Sequence record: MN850584.1
DNA: 64,000 nucleotides
Origin: Escherichia phage arall
Strand: one strand, 5' to 3'
The notes below the pieces were generated by a model. That model saw nothing but the letters and a program-made list of their open reading frames with translations. It made no database searches and had not been told where the DNA came from. Each line of letters starts with the position of its first letter. Position 1 is the first letter of the stretch. The position numbers and the translations under genes are program-made. Shown here one piece after another: positions 38,816 through 47,240 of the stretch.

Positions 38816-39220
38816 TTATTGTAGCTTAAGTGAACTGCGAAGACGTTTCTCTTGCTGATCACGAATATGTTGTGGAACCTCATGAATTGAGTCGTTACCG
38901 TGCCTATTTTCAACAACTAAAGAGATAACTTGATAACCAAACTCTTCAGCAAGAGTTAAATAAGGTTTAAGTTCTTTCTCTGTGGTTGAAGTGTTAGAGA
39001 CAATAATCTTTTTAATATTAGATGCCATAGCATCACGAACAATACTCTGACACCATGCGTGGGCTTTACCTACATTTTCTGGCTTCCAATCGTAAACACC
39101 CCTTTCTGTGTAATGGTATTGATCTGCCTCACAGATAGGCCAATAACCTTCAGAAATAATTTCTGCTACTGTAGATTTACCTGCACCTGAAACACCACGT
39201 AAAATGATAAGTTGTTTCAT
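38816..39220 (-). CDS. polynucleotide 5'-kinase (T4 Pnk kinase-domain-like)
   Basis: 134 aa; ILRGVSGAGKST P-loop, IIVSNTSTT, EFGYQV parallel T4 Pnk ILTIGCPGSGKST/VIISDTN/EYGWKV. Confidence 0.7.
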   Translation of the reverse strand: MKQLIILRGVSGAGKSTVAEIISEGYWPICEADQYHYTERGVYDWKPENVGKAHAWCQSIVRDAMASNIKKIIVSNTSTTEKELKPYLTLAEEFGYQVISLVVENRHGNDSIHEVPQHIRDQQEKRLRSSLKLQ

Positions 39221-40153
39221 TTAGCCTCCAAAGAAGTTTTCTATTTCTTTACGTCGCTCTTGTGGAGCTAGAGCAGCCCATTGAACCTTCGTAAAATTAT
39301 TTCGAAGCCATTCTATCAAAGTATAATATTCTTCGTCAACAATTTGTTTAGCATTATTTGGGTTGTCCCAAATCATATCCCACTTCTTATTACCACCACG
39401 CATAAGGAACTTCTTAGCAAGATAGTATGGTGACTTAATTTTTAAGAGTAAGTTAAACGGGTAGTTTGTTTCACGAACAACAAAGCCTTCGTGTCTACAA
39501 TGTTTAGACATTTCAACAACATCTGAAAATTTAATCATCGGATAAACTTCAGGACGTTTAAATTTTGTAATAGATGCAATCCCATCAAGAACACCTTCAG
39601 GTAACATGAAACTTGTCCCATCAAGATTTTGAATTCTTGCTCCAATTAAGTATGCGCCTGGTTCTTCTTCGACAATATGTGGATCAGAAGGATCACAGAT
39701 TTCAAAAAGGAAAGTTGCTTTTGCACTTTCTGTCCACTTAATGAAATACTCTATGTCATCACACTCGGAAACAATACGGTTCTTGGCAATAGTTGCAAAG
39801 TCTGACTCTAGGCTCCCTGTTGTTGATACAACAAGTTTCCCTTTGTACACACCTACAGATGCCATAAAACCGTTTACTTTACGGACAGCATCTACAAATT
39901 CATCTCCTGGAAGATCTGTACCATTCTCAAAACGATTAAAGATTTTAGTAAAAGGCCAAATAACAATATTATCTTCTGAGTCAACAACCAACCCACGACA
40001 ATCTAAAAGTCGTTTGTCAACGTTCCACAAGTTATCCCAGAATACATTGTTTTTGTATTTAAGTACAGCAAGACCAGCATACTCTCCAGATTTAACTTCT
40101 TTTTTATGCACTAAACCTTTTGCAATCAGGTCATCACAATTGAACTTAGCCAC
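39221..40153 (-). CDS. RNA ligase-like nucleotidyltransferase
   Basis: 310 aa; motif I RKVNGF (KxNG), HEGFVVRE, LLKIKSP. Confidence 0.6.
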   Translation of the reverse strand: MAKFNCDDLIAKGLVHKKEVKSGEYAGLAVLKYKNNVFWDNLWNVDKRLLDCRGLVVDSEDNIVIWPFTKIFNRFENGTDLPGDEFVDAVRKVNGFMASVGVYKGKLVVSTTGSLESDFATIAKNRIVSECDDIEYFIKWTESAKATFLFEICDPSDPHIVEEEPGAYLIGARIQNLDGTSFMLPEGVLDGIASITKFKRPEVYPMIKFSDVVEMSKHCRHEGFVVRETNYPFNLLLKIKSPYYLAKKFLMRGGNKKWDMIWDNPNNAKQIVDEEYYTLIEWLRNNFTKVQWAALAPQERRKEIENFFGG

Positions 40154-40154
40154 C

Positions 40155-40706
40155 TTAATCTCCTTTGATTATCTTATGATGGTCTACAACAATAATATCA
40201 CGCTTATCCATAATAGAGATGATTTCGTCAAAATGCAAGATTTTCCCGTGTGCATCCCAACCAACATCCAACATTTTCCCATACAAATGATCAGGGAATG
40301 ATCCGTGAGAGTGTCCGTGTAGCATGATTGATCCATGCCCTTGTTTATTCCAGGCAGCCATAGGGTAATGACTTAAGACGAAGAACAATTTCTGATATTT
40401 CACTTCGTCATAATACACAACTTCTCCATACTCTGCAAGCACTTTTCTGTGTTTACTGTAATCATGGTTCCCAACACAGTAAGTAATATCCCCTTGGAGA
40501 CGGGAAGCAATCTTACGGGTATCTTCTTCAGTCCCGAAACAGAAGTCCCCAAGATGGTACATCTTTACTCCTGGTGTTGTGGCACATTTATTCCATGCTT
40601 CGATCAGTGCTTCTGTCATATGCTCCATATCTTCCCACGGGCGATATTCAGGAGCAAACTCTCGGATACGTTTGTGCATAAAATGCAAATCACTTGTAAT
40701 AAACAT
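40155..40706 (-). CDS. calcineurin-like metallophosphoesterase
   Basis: 183 aa; SDLHFMH, GDFCFG, GNHDY, GHSHG. Confidence 0.8.
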   Translation of the reverse strand: MFITSDLHFMHKRIREFAPEYRPWEDMEHMTEALIEAWNKCATTPGVKMYHLGDFCFGTEEDTRKIASRLQGDITYCVGNHDYSKHRKVLAEYGEVVYYDEVKYQKLFFVLSHYPMAAWNKQGHGSIMLHGHSHGSFPDHLYGKMLDVGWDAHGKILHFDEIISIMDKRDIIVVDHHKIIKGD

Positions 40707-41065
40707 TAGTATAATCCCTCGCTGAATAGTTCACTGTTGTGACCATTTCTTTCGTAGTTAATTTGTTTGGCGTTATCTGCAATGACATAAGCATCTTTGC
40801 GACTCCACCAGTTATAATACTGATCAATAAACCCTTGATTATCAGGTAAGCAAAACAGTTTATCGATCAATCCTGCATCTTTTAAAACATTAAGTTGTGC
40901 AGATAGTACAGGATTTGCATGCCTAACACAAGGAATAATTAACTCTTCACCATTGTTAAGAATATACTTGTTCGCAGCGCAGACTATAACACGTTGAGCA
41001 TAGTGATCCTCACCAATCCAAGTGAGAGGTTGGTAACAAATATCATGTTGATTAGTAGCGCACAT
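40706..41065 (-). CDS. hypothetical protein
   Basis: ORF track start (TTG 41068) moved to adjacent ATG. Confidence 0.5.
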   Translation of the reverse strand: MCATNQHDICYQPLTWIGEDHYAQRVIVCAANKYILNNGEELIIPCVRHANPVLSAQLNVLKDAGLIDKLFCLPDNQGFIDQYYNWWSRKDAYVIADNAKQINYERNGHNSELFSEGLY

Positions 41066-41214
41066 CAATTTTCTCCATACTCTTTTAGTCTATCAGCTAA
41101 AAAACTGTAATCAGGAAGTAAAAGATCATTACTCGTATCGCTCCAATTTTCTTCCTCTCTATAGATAAAATGCCCTTCATCCTCTTCTTGCTCTGACCAG
41201 ACTGAGTAATGCAT
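41065..41214 (-). CDS. small acidic protein (49 aa)
   Basis: ATGA overlap with downstream gene; below track cut-off. Confidence 0.3.
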   Translation of the reverse strand: MHYSVWSEQEEDEGHFIYREEENWSDTSNDLLLPDYSFLADRLKEYGEN

Positions 41215-41223
41215 AACACCTAC

Positions 41224-41598
41224 TTAATAGTTAACACGTTTAATTTCAACACCATAGGATGCAATAAAATTTTCCTTAGCTAACATATATTTACCAGCAG
41301 CAGAAGGATTTGATGTATGAACATAGATAGTTTTAAGAGCATCCCATTCACCTGCGTACAACATACATTCTACGTCTAAGAACGCATGATATCCTTCTTG
41401 ATCTTCTCCAAGATCATTATCGAAGTGTATCTCTGAAATATTATTGAAATTATCTTCATCTGAAACAAAAGATGACCAATCCCCAAAAGATTTTAACCAA
41501 ATGGCATCCTCATAACCATAATCTTTAGGATCTCTTAAATCGTCTAACCAAAGAATTTTAGCCACTATCAACCCCCTTCCTGTTTCTCTTCTTTCCAA
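41224..41598 (-). CDS. hypothetical protein
   Basis: 124 aa ORF. Confidence 0.55.
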   Translation of the reverse strand: MERRETGRGLIVAKILWLDDLRDPKDYGYEDAIWLKSFGDWSSFVSDEDNFNNISEIHFDNDLGEDQEGYHAFLDVECMLYAGEWDALKTIYVHTSNPSAAGKYMLAKENFIASYGVEIKRVNY

Positions 41599-41759
41599 GT
41601 TTTACCTTTATCTACCAATTGCTTAGAAACAGCAAATCTTTCTCCATTGACATAAAACAGATAAAGAATAAAGGATTTTCCTATAGTTACAGTATCTACT
41701 ACTTCTGCACGCTTTACACCTTGCATGTATTTGGCTTTACCTGAATAAATAAGGAACAT
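41568..41759 (-). CDS. hypothetical protein
   Basis: 63 aa ORF. Confidence 0.4.
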   Translation of the reverse strand: MFLIYSGKAKYMQGVKRAEVVDTVTIGKSFILYLFYVNGERFAVSKQLVDKGKTWKEEKQEGG

Positions 41760-42037
41760 TATTTATTCCTTTTGTTGTTGATCACATCTAAAGCTGTGTA
41801 AGGTTTGTTTGTACCACTGTATTCAAGAATAATTGGTGCATGTTCATAGACAAACTCAAAAGTACCATACACAGAATCTGCAACTGAAATAAGCATTTCA
41901 GTGCCTTCATCGTTCTTAATTAATGAAAACCTTGCCCCTGGTTTATTGAGCACTTCATATTTCTTACCTACTGTCAGCAAACCTGAATACCATTCATTTT
42001 GCACAACAGACAAACACTTCAGGTAGGTTTTTCTCAT
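41759..42037 (-). CDS. hypothetical protein
   Basis: 92 aa ORF. Confidence 0.5.
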   Translation of the reverse strand: MRKTYLKCLSVVQNEWYSGLLTVGKKYEVLNKPGARFSLIKNDEGTEMLISVADSVYGTFEFVYEHAPIILEYSGTNKPYTALDVINNKRNK

Positions 42038-42375
42038 TTCTTTTTGCTCCTTCTTTTAGGCTTCTCATATAAACCTAACACAGCCGACTCTTTTGCACAA
42101 ATAGGAACTGATTTCATTCCTCGTTTTTTAGCTTCTGGTAGATTCAAAACCCACCAGCCAAACCAATACAATTCATCTTCTGTGAAAGGATCTGCCATAG
42201 GATCTGCTTCACGTTCTTCAAATTTAGCAAGAGCTTCTTCTATCTTTTCTATTGGAGTATCAAAGACAAAAGCCTCTGTGTCAAATTTTTGTTTCTTAGG
42301 AGCGGCCTTTGCCGCCCCATCTTTAGATGCGTGCTTTGTTACGGATCGCTTCTTCGGTGTTTTCGCCATCAACAA
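42034..42375 (-). CDS. lysine-rich basic protein (possible DNA-binding)
   Basis: 113 aa; KKRSVTKHASKDGAAKAAPKKQK and KPKRRSKKK tails. Confidence 0.5.
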   Translation of the reverse strand: MLMAKTPKKRSVTKHASKDGAAKAAPKKQKFDTEAFVFDTPIEKIEEALAKFEEREADPMADPFTEDELYWFGWWVLNLPEAKKRGMKSVPICAKESAVLGLYEKPKRRSKKK

Positions 42376-42562
42376 CCTCCATACGGTGTAAGAAATCTTG
42401 CTGGAATCGCCAATACTGTTGACCAGTCCTTACATCTTCGTAGATCACAACAGGATCAAATACTTTAGATACACCCGCTGGTTTAGGAAAGCCAACTACA
42501 CGATATAAACCACCTTTGCTAATACAAGAATATGTTACATCAGTTAAAATTTCTTTTTTCAT
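42323..42562 (-). CDS. hypothetical protein
   Basis: 79 aa ORF; 3' end overlaps next gene. Confidence 0.4.
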   Translation of the reverse strand: MKKEILTDVTYSCISKGGLYRVVGFPKPAGVSKVFDPVVIYEDVRTGQQYWRFQQDFLHRMEVVDGENTEEAIRNKARI

Positions 42563-42756
42563 TTTTTAATAAACTCCAAAACAGGTACGTGATCAGCAGT
42601 CAAAGTTACACAATTGTAACTTACCTTTTCAACTTCAGAGAATGCTTCAACCCAAAGTAAGAAATTCTCTTTAGCTTCTTCATAATTCAATGTTGACTTA
42701 ACAACATGGAACTCACCAAGAATTACTCTATAGATTGTTTGCATAGTTTGATTCAT
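42559..42756 (-). CDS. hypothetical protein
   Basis: 65 aa ORF. Confidence 0.45.
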   Translation of the reverse strand: MNQTMQTIYRVILGEFHVVKSTLNYEEAKENFLLWVEAFSEVEKVSYNCVTLTADHVPVLEFIKK

Positions 42757-42822
42757 TTATTTTTCCTTTGTTTAGAATGTGTTAAACAATCGCAAATGCT
42801 TGTGACGCACTTTGTGATCCCA

Positions 42823-43191
42823 CTAATTAACGTCAGCACTATGATTGTTGAGAGTATAGGATACTCCATCGCCCAAGTCAACATGAATCTCAACTCCTAA
42901 CTGTCTTTCTAATGGTAAACGTTTTGAGAATTGATAATTACAAAGTTTGCAATCTAAGTCAAGCAACTCATGTTTGCTTAAGCCTGGAATGATAACTTTG
43001 CTTCCCACTGTCCACTCAATACCTTCAAAGTTATCTCTTCTTTTCAAAATGTCAAGTAAGAAGATGATTTGTTGCCATTCCGTAGACAAGTCTTCTTCAT
43101 AGAACGCAGAACAAAAAGTTTTATCATCGTAGAAAGCATACATTATGCTTCCATCTATTGTTTCACTTCTAACGTAGCGTGTGACCCTCAT
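42823..43191 (-). CDS. hypothetical protein (first gene of - block)
   Basis: 122 aa; RBS AGGAGGG upstream. Confidence 0.55.
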   Translation of the reverse strand: MRVTRYVRSETIDGSIMYAFYDDKTFCSAFYEEDLSTEWQQIIFLLDILKRRDNFEGIEWTVGSKVIIPGLSKHELLDLDCKLCNYQFSKRLPLERQLGVEIHVDLGDGVSYTLNNHSADVN

Positions 43192-43532
43192 TATTCCCTC
43201 CTATACGGCTCTGTAACGAGCTAATGGCCTTTAAGATATGCAATCACCTTACCTCACAGTAAAACTCGTTACAATCGTTTTTAGGAGGTTTAGGTTGTAC
43301 TTAAAAATAATCTAAAAAGGTGTTGACAAACGCAAAAAAGTATGCTACCCTAACCCCCGAAAAACGCCGAGCGCAGCGAGGGGGTGTTATCTAATCTTGT
43401 GATACATGATCTAACAGACAACTGAGTAGTCTACATATAGCACTATGTTATGTCTATAATACTAACATACATGCTCTATACTAACAATAGATTCTTTATT
43501 AATTTTATTATTAATTAAATAATAAATATCTA

Positions 43533-43561
43533 TTGACTTTAGATCTATCTGTATGTAGAGT
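43533..43561 (+). promoter_or_regulatory. sigma70-like promoter (TTGACT-N17-TAGAGT)
   Basis: -35/-10 hexamers with 17-nt spacer downstream of AT-rich UP-like region. Confidence 0.45.
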
Positions 43562-43600
43562 AGAAAACATAAAGTCCGAACTCAACTAAGGAGATAAACA

Positions 43601-44494
43601 ATGAAAGTTAGTATTCTACATGGTGTTGACTGTTATGTTACTGATGTAGACGTTAAAGTCTTTACATTCTCTGGTGGAGAACAACATGTTCAACTAGATA
43701 CGAATCTATCAGGTTTCAATCATGCTACAGACAGAATCTTACTCTCTTTAGAAGTAAGATCTGCTAAAGACTTGATGACTTTGGTTATGACTAAGAATGC
43801 ATTGGACAATATGCTATATCATAAACCATATTGTGTTGATTTGCTCATGTTGTATGTGCCATATGCACGACAAGACAGAGTGTGTGAACCTGGGGAAGCA
43901 TTCGGAGTTAAAGCATTTGCTTCTATAATTAATTCATTAAATTTCTCACGTGTTATCGTTGCTGATCCACATAGTGATGTTACTCCAGCGGTGTTTGACA
44001 GACTCTGTGTAATACCTCAAGAAGAGATTGCTTACGAAACTTTAAAGTGGAAGTTACGTATGGAGAATTTTGCTCTTGTTAGTCCTGATGGTGGTGCTCT
44101 TAAGAAAATATTTAAATTATCTAAGAAAATGTCTTTAGATGTGTTCTGTGCAGAGAAGGTTAGAGATACTGCAACAGGTGCTATTGTTCGTACAGACATT
44201 TCTGTACAGGATTTCAATAAGCGTAACCTGATGATCGTAGATGATATCTGTGACGGCGGTAGAACTTTTATTGAATTGGCTAAAGTGCTACGTGCTCGTA
44301 ACGCAGGTAAGATTGAGTTATATGTTACACACGGTATCTTTTCTAAAGGTCTTAAAGAGTTAAGTGAGCACTTTGACTGCATTCATTCTCTTAATGTGTG
44401 GGAAGATAACATCCAAGAAGATTCCGGTGTTCTTGTTAAGAATCAGTCAGATTTGCAACAACAAATTGTATCTCCATACGTGTGGAATTTTTAA
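43601..44494 (+). CDS. PRPP-synthetase-like phosphoribosyl pyrophosphokinase (candidate ADP-ribose pyrophosphokinase, Adps-like)
   Basis: 297 aa; VPYARQDR, VSPDGGALKK, IVDDICDGGRT motifs; RBS AAGGAGA. Confidence 0.8.
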   Translation: MKVSILHGVDCYVTDVDVKVFTFSGGEQHVQLDTNLSGFNHATDRILLSLEVRSAKDLMTLVMTKNALDNMLYHKPYCVDLLMLYVPYARQDRVCEPGEAFGVKAFASIINSLNFSRVIVADPHSDVTPAVFDRLCVIPQEEIAYETLKWKLRMENFALVSPDGGALKKIFKLSKKMSLDVFCAEKVRDTATGAIVRTDISVQDFNKRNLMIVDDICDGGRTFIELAKVLRARNAGKIELYVTHGIFSKGLKELSEHFDCIHSLNVWEDNIQEDSGVLVKNQSDLQQQIVSPYVWNF

Positions 44495-44504
44495 ATAATA
44501 AGTG

Positions 44505-44533
44505 TTGACAATAGGGAGTATGCTTAGTAAGAT
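44505..44533 (+). promoter_or_regulatory. sigma70-like promoter (TTGACA-N17-TAAGAT)
   Basis: consensus -35 with 17-nt spacer. Confidence 0.45.
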
Positions 44534-44565
44534 ACTCCCACACTAACAAACAAGGAGACATAACT

Positions 44566-46299
44566 ATGAATATTTTTGCACCTTTTGCTACTGATTGGTA
44601 TAAACCTGGTCACAAGCAGATGTACAACCAAAATACAAAACTCATTTTCTCTAATTTAACTCCTCGTAATGATAAAAACTTTGCACACTATGCAGATCGT
44701 GAAGCACGTGGTGTAATTGTTTTAGGTATTCGTCGAGCAGTTACTGATGCTCTTGTAACTATGTGGGATAGCTTCTTTAAAATGTCTCGTAGTGCAGCAG
44801 TAAATAAGTTTTATCGTATGTCTAAAAATGCATTAGGTGCTTCTTCTCCTTCTGCTGAATGTTGGGGAGAATTGCACGATTTAGGTTATCTTCCGCTGGA
44901 AGTTCGATCTCTGCCAGAAGGTGTTTTGTGTCCTATTGGTGTTCCTGTGTTTACTGTGCATAATACTTTAGAAAAATTCTTTTGGTTAACTAACTATGTG
45001 GAAACACTATTGTCAGATGAAACTTGGAAGACAATGACTAATGCTACAGCAGCTTTTCAGTATAAGCGTATTGCTATGGCATATGCGATGGCAACGTGTG
45101 ATAATATTGATCACGTTAACTTCCAGTGTCATGATTTTAGCCTACGTGGTTTAAGTAATATTGAAGATGGTTATAAGAGTGGTATCGCTCATTTGGCATC
45201 GTTCACAGGCACAGATAATATTCTGGCTATTGAAACTGTGCATGATTATTATGGTATTGATTATGATCAGTTTGTTGCAGGTTCTATTCCGGCAACAGAA
45301 CATTCAGTAGCAACGACTAACATTGGAGCTATTGTTGAAGATCTGAAGAAACATTTCCCACATCTTAAAGATGATGTTGATGGGCTTCGTTATGTAGCAG
45401 AGAAAGAGTTTCTTCGCCGCTATATTGAAGAAATTGTTCCAGAAGGTTTTTGTTCATATGTAGCAGATTCTTATGATTACTGGGCTGTCTTGACTCGCAT
45501 TCTGGTAGAATTGAAAGAGTCCATTATGTCACGAAATGGTCGTCTTGTTATTCGTCCAGATTCAGGAGATCCGGTTAAAGTTGTTGCAGGATACAATGTT
45601 GAATCTTTTGCTAACTATGAAGACCTTTTAAATAATGGTATTGCTACAGCCACTGAAGTAGTTCATTTGGCTGATGTTAATAAGTATTACAATGTTCTTC
45701 AGGATTGCAGTGTTGCTGATTGTATTGATGAAACTTATGAGATTCCTTATTGTGAAGCAGTAGGTTCTATTCAAATCCTTTGGGAAGTGTTTGGTGGTAC
45801 TATCAACCGAAAAGGCTACAAGGTTCTTGATCAGCACATCGGTATGATTTATGGTGATTCTATTACTGTTGAACGAGAACACGAGATCTTACGCCGACTG
45901 AAGAAGAAAGGTTTTGCAGCTTCCAATATTGTATTTGGTGTTGGTAGTTATACTTATCAGTTCAATACACGAGATACTTTTGGTTTTGCTGTTAAAGCAA
46001 CAGGTAGTATCATCGGTGAACACGAAATTTTGGTAAGTAAGGAGCCTAAAACTGATCCTGGTAAACGCTCTGCAAAAGGTTTTATTAAGGTTGTTAAGGA
46101 TACAAATGGTAAACTTTCTCTTGTGGATAATCTTTCTTTTAAAGATATTCAAGATGAAGACAATGAGTTAAAAGTTATCTTCAGGGATGGTACGGTTATT
46201 ACACCACAAGTAGAAGGACGTGATGAAACATTTACTGATATCCGCAACCGTGTTGATGTAGAGGTTCTTCGTACTATGGGAACCATCCAGGTTGACTAA
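44566..46299 (+). CDS. nicotinamide phosphoribosyltransferase-like (NadV/NAMPT family; candidate Namat)
   Basis: 577 aa; N-terminal FATDWYKPGHKQMY and overall NAMPT-like organisation; RBS AAGGAGA. Confidence 0.8.
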   Translation: MNIFAPFATDWYKPGHKQMYNQNTKLIFSNLTPRNDKNFAHYADREARGVIVLGIRRAVTDALVTMWDSFFKMSRSAAVNKFYRMSKNALGASSPSAECWGELHDLGYLPLEVRSLPEGVLCPIGVPVFTVHNTLEKFFWLTNYVETLLSDETWKTMTNATAAFQYKRIAMAYAMATCDNIDHVNFQCHDFSLRGLSNIEDGYKSGIAHLASFTGTDNILAIETVHDYYGIDYDQFVAGSIPATEHSVATTNIGAIVEDLKKHFPHLKDDVDGLRYVAEKEFLRRYIEEIVPEGFCSYVADSYDYWAVLTRILVELKESIMSRNGRLVIRPDSGDPVKVVAGYNVESFANYEDLLNNGIATATEVVHLADVNKYYNVLQDCSVADCIDETYEIPYCEAVGSIQILWEVFGGTINRKGYKVLDQHIGMIYGDSITVEREHEILRRLKKKGFAASNIVFGVGSYTYQFNTRDTFGFAVKATGSIIGEHEILVSKEPKTDPGKRSAKGFIKVVKDTNGKLSLVDNLSFKDIQDEDNELKVIFRDGTVITPQVEGRDETFTDIRNRVDVEVLRTMGTIQVD

Positions 46300-46370
46300 A
46301 TAAAAACTTCGTGATAAGATTAAGGTAAGGAGAGCCTGCAACTGCCCTGGATGGGCTTCACGAAGGATTT

Positions 46371-46592
46371 ATGAAACAACATAATTTTTATTTTCGTTGC
46401 CGAGCCTGTAACAGACACTTGACTAATCATTCCCGTAGAGACAGGAATGGTAATATTCAAGAGTCGGATCTATGCTCGATTTGTACAAGTTTGGCATTCG
46501 ACGACAGTCCCGAAAGGGTTTATCAACATCAAAGTGTAACTGATCTTCTTCTAAATTACACAGCACCAGAGGAGGAATTAGATTTCACATAA
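46371..46592 (+). CDS. zinc-ribbon protein
   Basis: 73 aa; CRACN...CSIC. Confidence 0.5.
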   Translation: MKQHNFYFRCRACNRHLTNHSRRDRNGNIQESDLCSICTSLAFDDSPERVYQHQSVTDLLLNYTAPEEELDFT

Positions 46593-46605
46593 TTAAGGAA
46601 ACAGT

Positions 46606-46716
46606 ATGTCTACAGAAATTATTTTTGGCTTATCTGTTTTTATTGCTATTGTATCTTTTGTATGCGGTTATACATTAGGGTACAGATCAAGAAAAAATAT
46701 TGTAAAAACTAGTTGA
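46606..46716 (+). CDS. small membrane protein (36 aa)
   Basis: RBS AAGGAAACAG; hydrophobic IIFGLSVFIAIVSFVCGY; below track cut-off. Confidence 0.3.
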   Translation: MSTEIIFGLSVFIAIVSFVCGYTLGYRSRKNIVKTS

Positions 46717-46742
46717 CAACATAGCTAGTTATTTGCTAAGAT
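46713..46742 (+). promoter_or_regulatory. sigma70-like promoter (TTGACA-N18-TAAGAT)
   Basis: hexamers upstream of gene at 46772. Confidence 0.4.
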
Positions 46743-46771
46743 AAGCACAAGTTAAACAAAAGGAGAAAACT

Positions 46772-47038
46772 ATGACAGAAAAGACTTATGGTAAAGAATT
46801 GATTGAGAAGCACGTATTGATTGATAATAAAGGTGGAGCAATCTTTATTTTTGAACCTGAATCAGTTCTTACTGAAAACGAAAATGGTAGCGTTAGCCTT
46901 AAAACAGAAAGTTTGGTAATTGACTTCCTTGCTCTTCTGGATGAAATGGGGCTTCCTCACGAAGAAGAAGCAGCTATTGCTTTGATTGCAGTTCTTCTGG
47001 AGAAACGCGAAGCTGGTGAAATGACCCAGTATGCTTAA
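46772..47038 (+). CDS. hypothetical protein
   Basis: 88 aa; RBS AAGGAGAAAA. Confidence 0.55.
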   Translation: MTEKTYGKELIEKHVLIDNKGGAIFIFEPESVLTENENGSVSLKTESLVIDFLALLDEMGLPHEEEAAIALIAVLLEKREAGEMTQYA

Positions 47039-47045
47039 TATTCAA

Positions 47046-47121
47046 GGTTCCATAGCTCACTGACGAGAGCGCACACCTCATAAGTGTCGAGGGCAGGGAT
47101 TGTAACCCTGGGGAACCACCA
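47046..47121 (+). tRNA. tRNA-Met/Ile2 (anticodon CAT), non-canonical T-loop ATTGTAA
   Basis: hand-folded cloverleaf: acceptor GGTTCCA/GGGAACC (one A.G), D-arm GCTC-ACTGACGA-GAGC, anticodon loop CTCATAA, T-stem CAGGG/CCCTG, CCA encoded. Confidence 0.55.
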
Positions 47122-47152
47122 TTTAAAAGGAGGTGCTATGCATCTCCTATAT

Positions 47153-47238
47153 GCAAGTGTGGTGGAATTGGTGATACACATTGTGCTTAAAACGCAACGC
47201 TTAAATGCTTGAGGGTTCGAATCCCTCCACTTGCACCA
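47153..47238 (+). tRNA. tRNA-Leu (anticodon TAA)
   Basis: acceptor GCAAGTG/CACTTGC, anticodon loop CTTAAAA, long variable arm, T-loop TTCGAAT, CCA encoded. Confidence 0.75.
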
Positions 47239-47240
47239 AC

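Noticed and set aside
46300-46370. Inverted repeat CTTCGTGA...TCACGAAG after the NAMPT-like gene as a terminator
   Set aside because: No U-tract follows the stem and an RBS-like AAGGTAAGGAGAG lies inside the loop; more likely a 5'-UTR structure for the next gene than a terminator.
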